Below, one piece after another: positions 60,649-64,000 of a stretch of 64,000 nucleotides of DNA. Positions within the stretch are counted from its first letter, which is position 1. Each line of letters starts with the position of its first letter. A program made the position numbers and the translations under genes. This stretch comes from a virus (lineage: Duplodnaviria > Heunggongvirae > Uroviricota > Caudoviricetes): positions 297,446 through 361,445 of the IMG/VR virus record IMGVR_UViG_3300028833_000001; one strand, 5' to 3'. Under the pieces are notes generated by a model. The model did no database searches. It saw only the letters and a list, made by a program, of their open reading frames with translations, and had not been told where the DNA came from.

Positions 60649-60657
60649 ACTATTTAT
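60649..60657 (+). promoter_or_regulatory. CTATTTAT motif
   Basis: ACTATTTAT ~35 nt upstream of ATG 60693, just after a terminator hairpin. Confidence 0.55.
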
Positions 60658-60692
60658 GGTAACACATAATATAGAAATTTGTTTTACATTAT

Positions 60693-64000
<3,308 letters not shown>

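Overview
AT-rich segment of a large (jumbo-type) tailed bacteriophage genome using the standard code. A Bacteroidota host is inferred from rrn-like boxA sequences, the fMet anticodon stem and BspA/InlB-repeat proteins. 1-21 kb: virion/fiber genes, including a 2739-aa LamG/CotH-like/LRR protein. 21-30 kb, mostly minus strand: membrane and hypothetical genes, a sigma70-family factor, an SbcC/Rad50-like ATPase and a RuvC-like resolvase. 30-42 kb: collagen-like fiber, primase, SbcD-like nuclease, ClpP and a fused DHFR-thymidylate synthase. 42.4-51.3 kb: a dense + strand RNA array. 53-64 kb: HD hydrolase, AAA ATPase, divergent DnaK and a second very long collagen-like gene running off the window. 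The RNA array is the main result. It holds 25 uninterrupted tRNA genes and two HNH endonuclease genes. It also holds four tRNAs interrupted by two unfamiliar insertion families: one embeds a tRNA mimic in the anticodon loop, the other puts a hairpin+ACAGCAA module at position 28/29 and also occurs free-standing in circularly permuted form. Further elements are a group I intron-like core with no apparent splice sites sealed by a terminal helix, a ~410-nt RNA mimicking the 23S L11-binding domain (GOLLD-like candidate), several tRNA-shell RNAs and at least six more helix-closed structured RNAs. The array lies downstream of a sigma54-type promoter and boxA-like sites. All RNA structures were folded by eye and no database searches were run.
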